From positions 32,001 through 96,000 of IMG/VR virus record IMGVR_UViG_3300030090_005562: 64,000 bases of DNA; one strand, given 5' to 3'. This stretch comes from a virus. Each line of letters begins with the position of its first letter. Position 1 is the first letter of the stretch. Below, piece after piece: positions 63,453 through 64,000 of the stretch. The notes under the pieces are model-generated. The model had not been told where the DNA came from. It did no database searches and saw only the letters and a program-made list of their open reading frames with translations. A program made the position numbers and the translations under genes.

Positions 63453-63680
63453 ATGAATCAGGTATGGACGGAAGCCGAGCGGCAATTTATCAAAGATTCC
63501 GCTGGAACCTTGACAGATGAGGCTGGAGCTGTAGAATTAAGTAAGGTTTGTGGTAGAATCATCACTGTTAATGCTTGGAGAAAGCAGAGACAGAAGATGG
63601 GTATTAAAAAGAACCCTGGTAGAGGGGTTTGTTCCGTAAAGAAAGAAGACCAAATATGCGAAAACTCACATTCGGATTGA
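63453..63680 (+). CDS. Small HTH/Myb-like DNA-binding protein
   Basis: WTEAERQFIK...GR.IT.NA.RKQRQKMGI; SD GAGG before ATG 63453. Confidence 0.65.
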   Translation: MNQVWTEAERQFIKDSAGTLTDEAGAVELSKVCGRIITVNAWRKQRQKMGIKKNPGRGVCSVKKEDQICENSHSD

Positions 63681-64000
63681 TTATATTCTGTGTAGTATGC
63701 ACTGCTAGTGGACAAAGCTGGCAGGACGAGGAACATGTATGGAATGAGGAGAAAGGTAAGTGGGAAGTGATAAATAAGGCTGGTGCGACAGTGACAAACG
63801 TTGAGCCTAGTTCTCATACAGCCATAAAAAACAGGCCTTTTGAGGGAGAACCTTGGGAAAAATACCTATCTAAGAACGTCAAATATGGTAGAAGGGCTCC
63901 TAGCGAATGGGAGCTTAACGAGGCTAAAAGGAAGTATTCAGCAAATGAAGCTCTTAAGGAAAGGGGACGGAAAAAAGCAGAAGAGCGAAAGCAAATTATA
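63656..64000 (+). CDS. Secreted/periplasmic hypothetical protein, 3'-truncated (absent from the ORF track)
   Basis: Open 115 codons to the window end; MRKLTFGLIIFCVVCTASG-Q Sec signal peptide. Confidence 0.65.
   Translation, partial: MRKLTFGLIIFCVVCTASGQSWQDEEHVWNEEKGKWEVINKAGATVTNVEPSSHTAIKNRPFEGEPWEKYLSKNVKYGRRAPSEWELNEAKRKYSANEALKERGRKKAEERKQII

Noticed and set aside
63458-63817. 119-aa minus-strand ORF
   Set aside because: Antisense to two better-supported plus-strand genes.
1-64000. Alternative genetic code (stop-codon reassignment)
   Set aside because: Genes are long and tightly packed under the standard code, and TAA, TAG and TGA all end genes at sensible junctions.
1-64000. CRISPR array, tRNA/rRNA, integrase, IS element, diversity-generating retroelement
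   Set aside because: No spaced direct repeats, cloverleaf, transposase, integrase or reverse transcriptase motifs seen; paralogous segments are diverged at DNA level and not TR/VR-like. By-eye scan only.

Overview
This window is a fragment of a large tailed-phage genome (Caudoviricetes), not a bacterial chromosome. It is AT-rich, uses the standard genetic code, and shows no tail sheath, so it is probably siphovirus-like. Plus strand 1-10.8 kb: a tightly overlapping operon of about 15 nucleotide-sugar and glycan-modification genes. These are KdsA-like, CmcI-like and TylF-like methyltransferases, GT2, a sulfotransferase, a CMP-ulosonate synthetase, a PhyH dioxygenase, a C-methyltransferase, RmlB/C/D, FdtA and DegT. 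They are followed by an endonuclease, an annealing protein and an SSB-like gene. Minus strand 63.4 kb down to 13 kb, in transcription order: phage sigma factor, putative TerS, Gmd, ERCC4 nuclease, TerL, portal, protease/scaffold, decoration protein, major capsid, neck and accessory genes, tail tube, chaperones, a 2374-aa tape measure, tail-tip proteins and very large Cys-rich modular adhesins. Main observations: (1) a 9-nt motif TGGTGTATA precedes six structural genes and is a candidate late promoter for the truncated phage sigma factor, which itself sits behind a canonical sigma70 promoter. (2) The tape measure has repeated LTPGEFV modules bracketing a PD-(D/E)xK nuclease-like domain. (3) The adhesins are built by nested domain insertion and include a circularly permuted MAM domain. 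(4) A beta-helix is grafted onto a neck protein. (5) Virion glycosylation is possible. (6) GATC appears to be avoided throughout. All functional calls come from motif recognition by eye; no searches were run.
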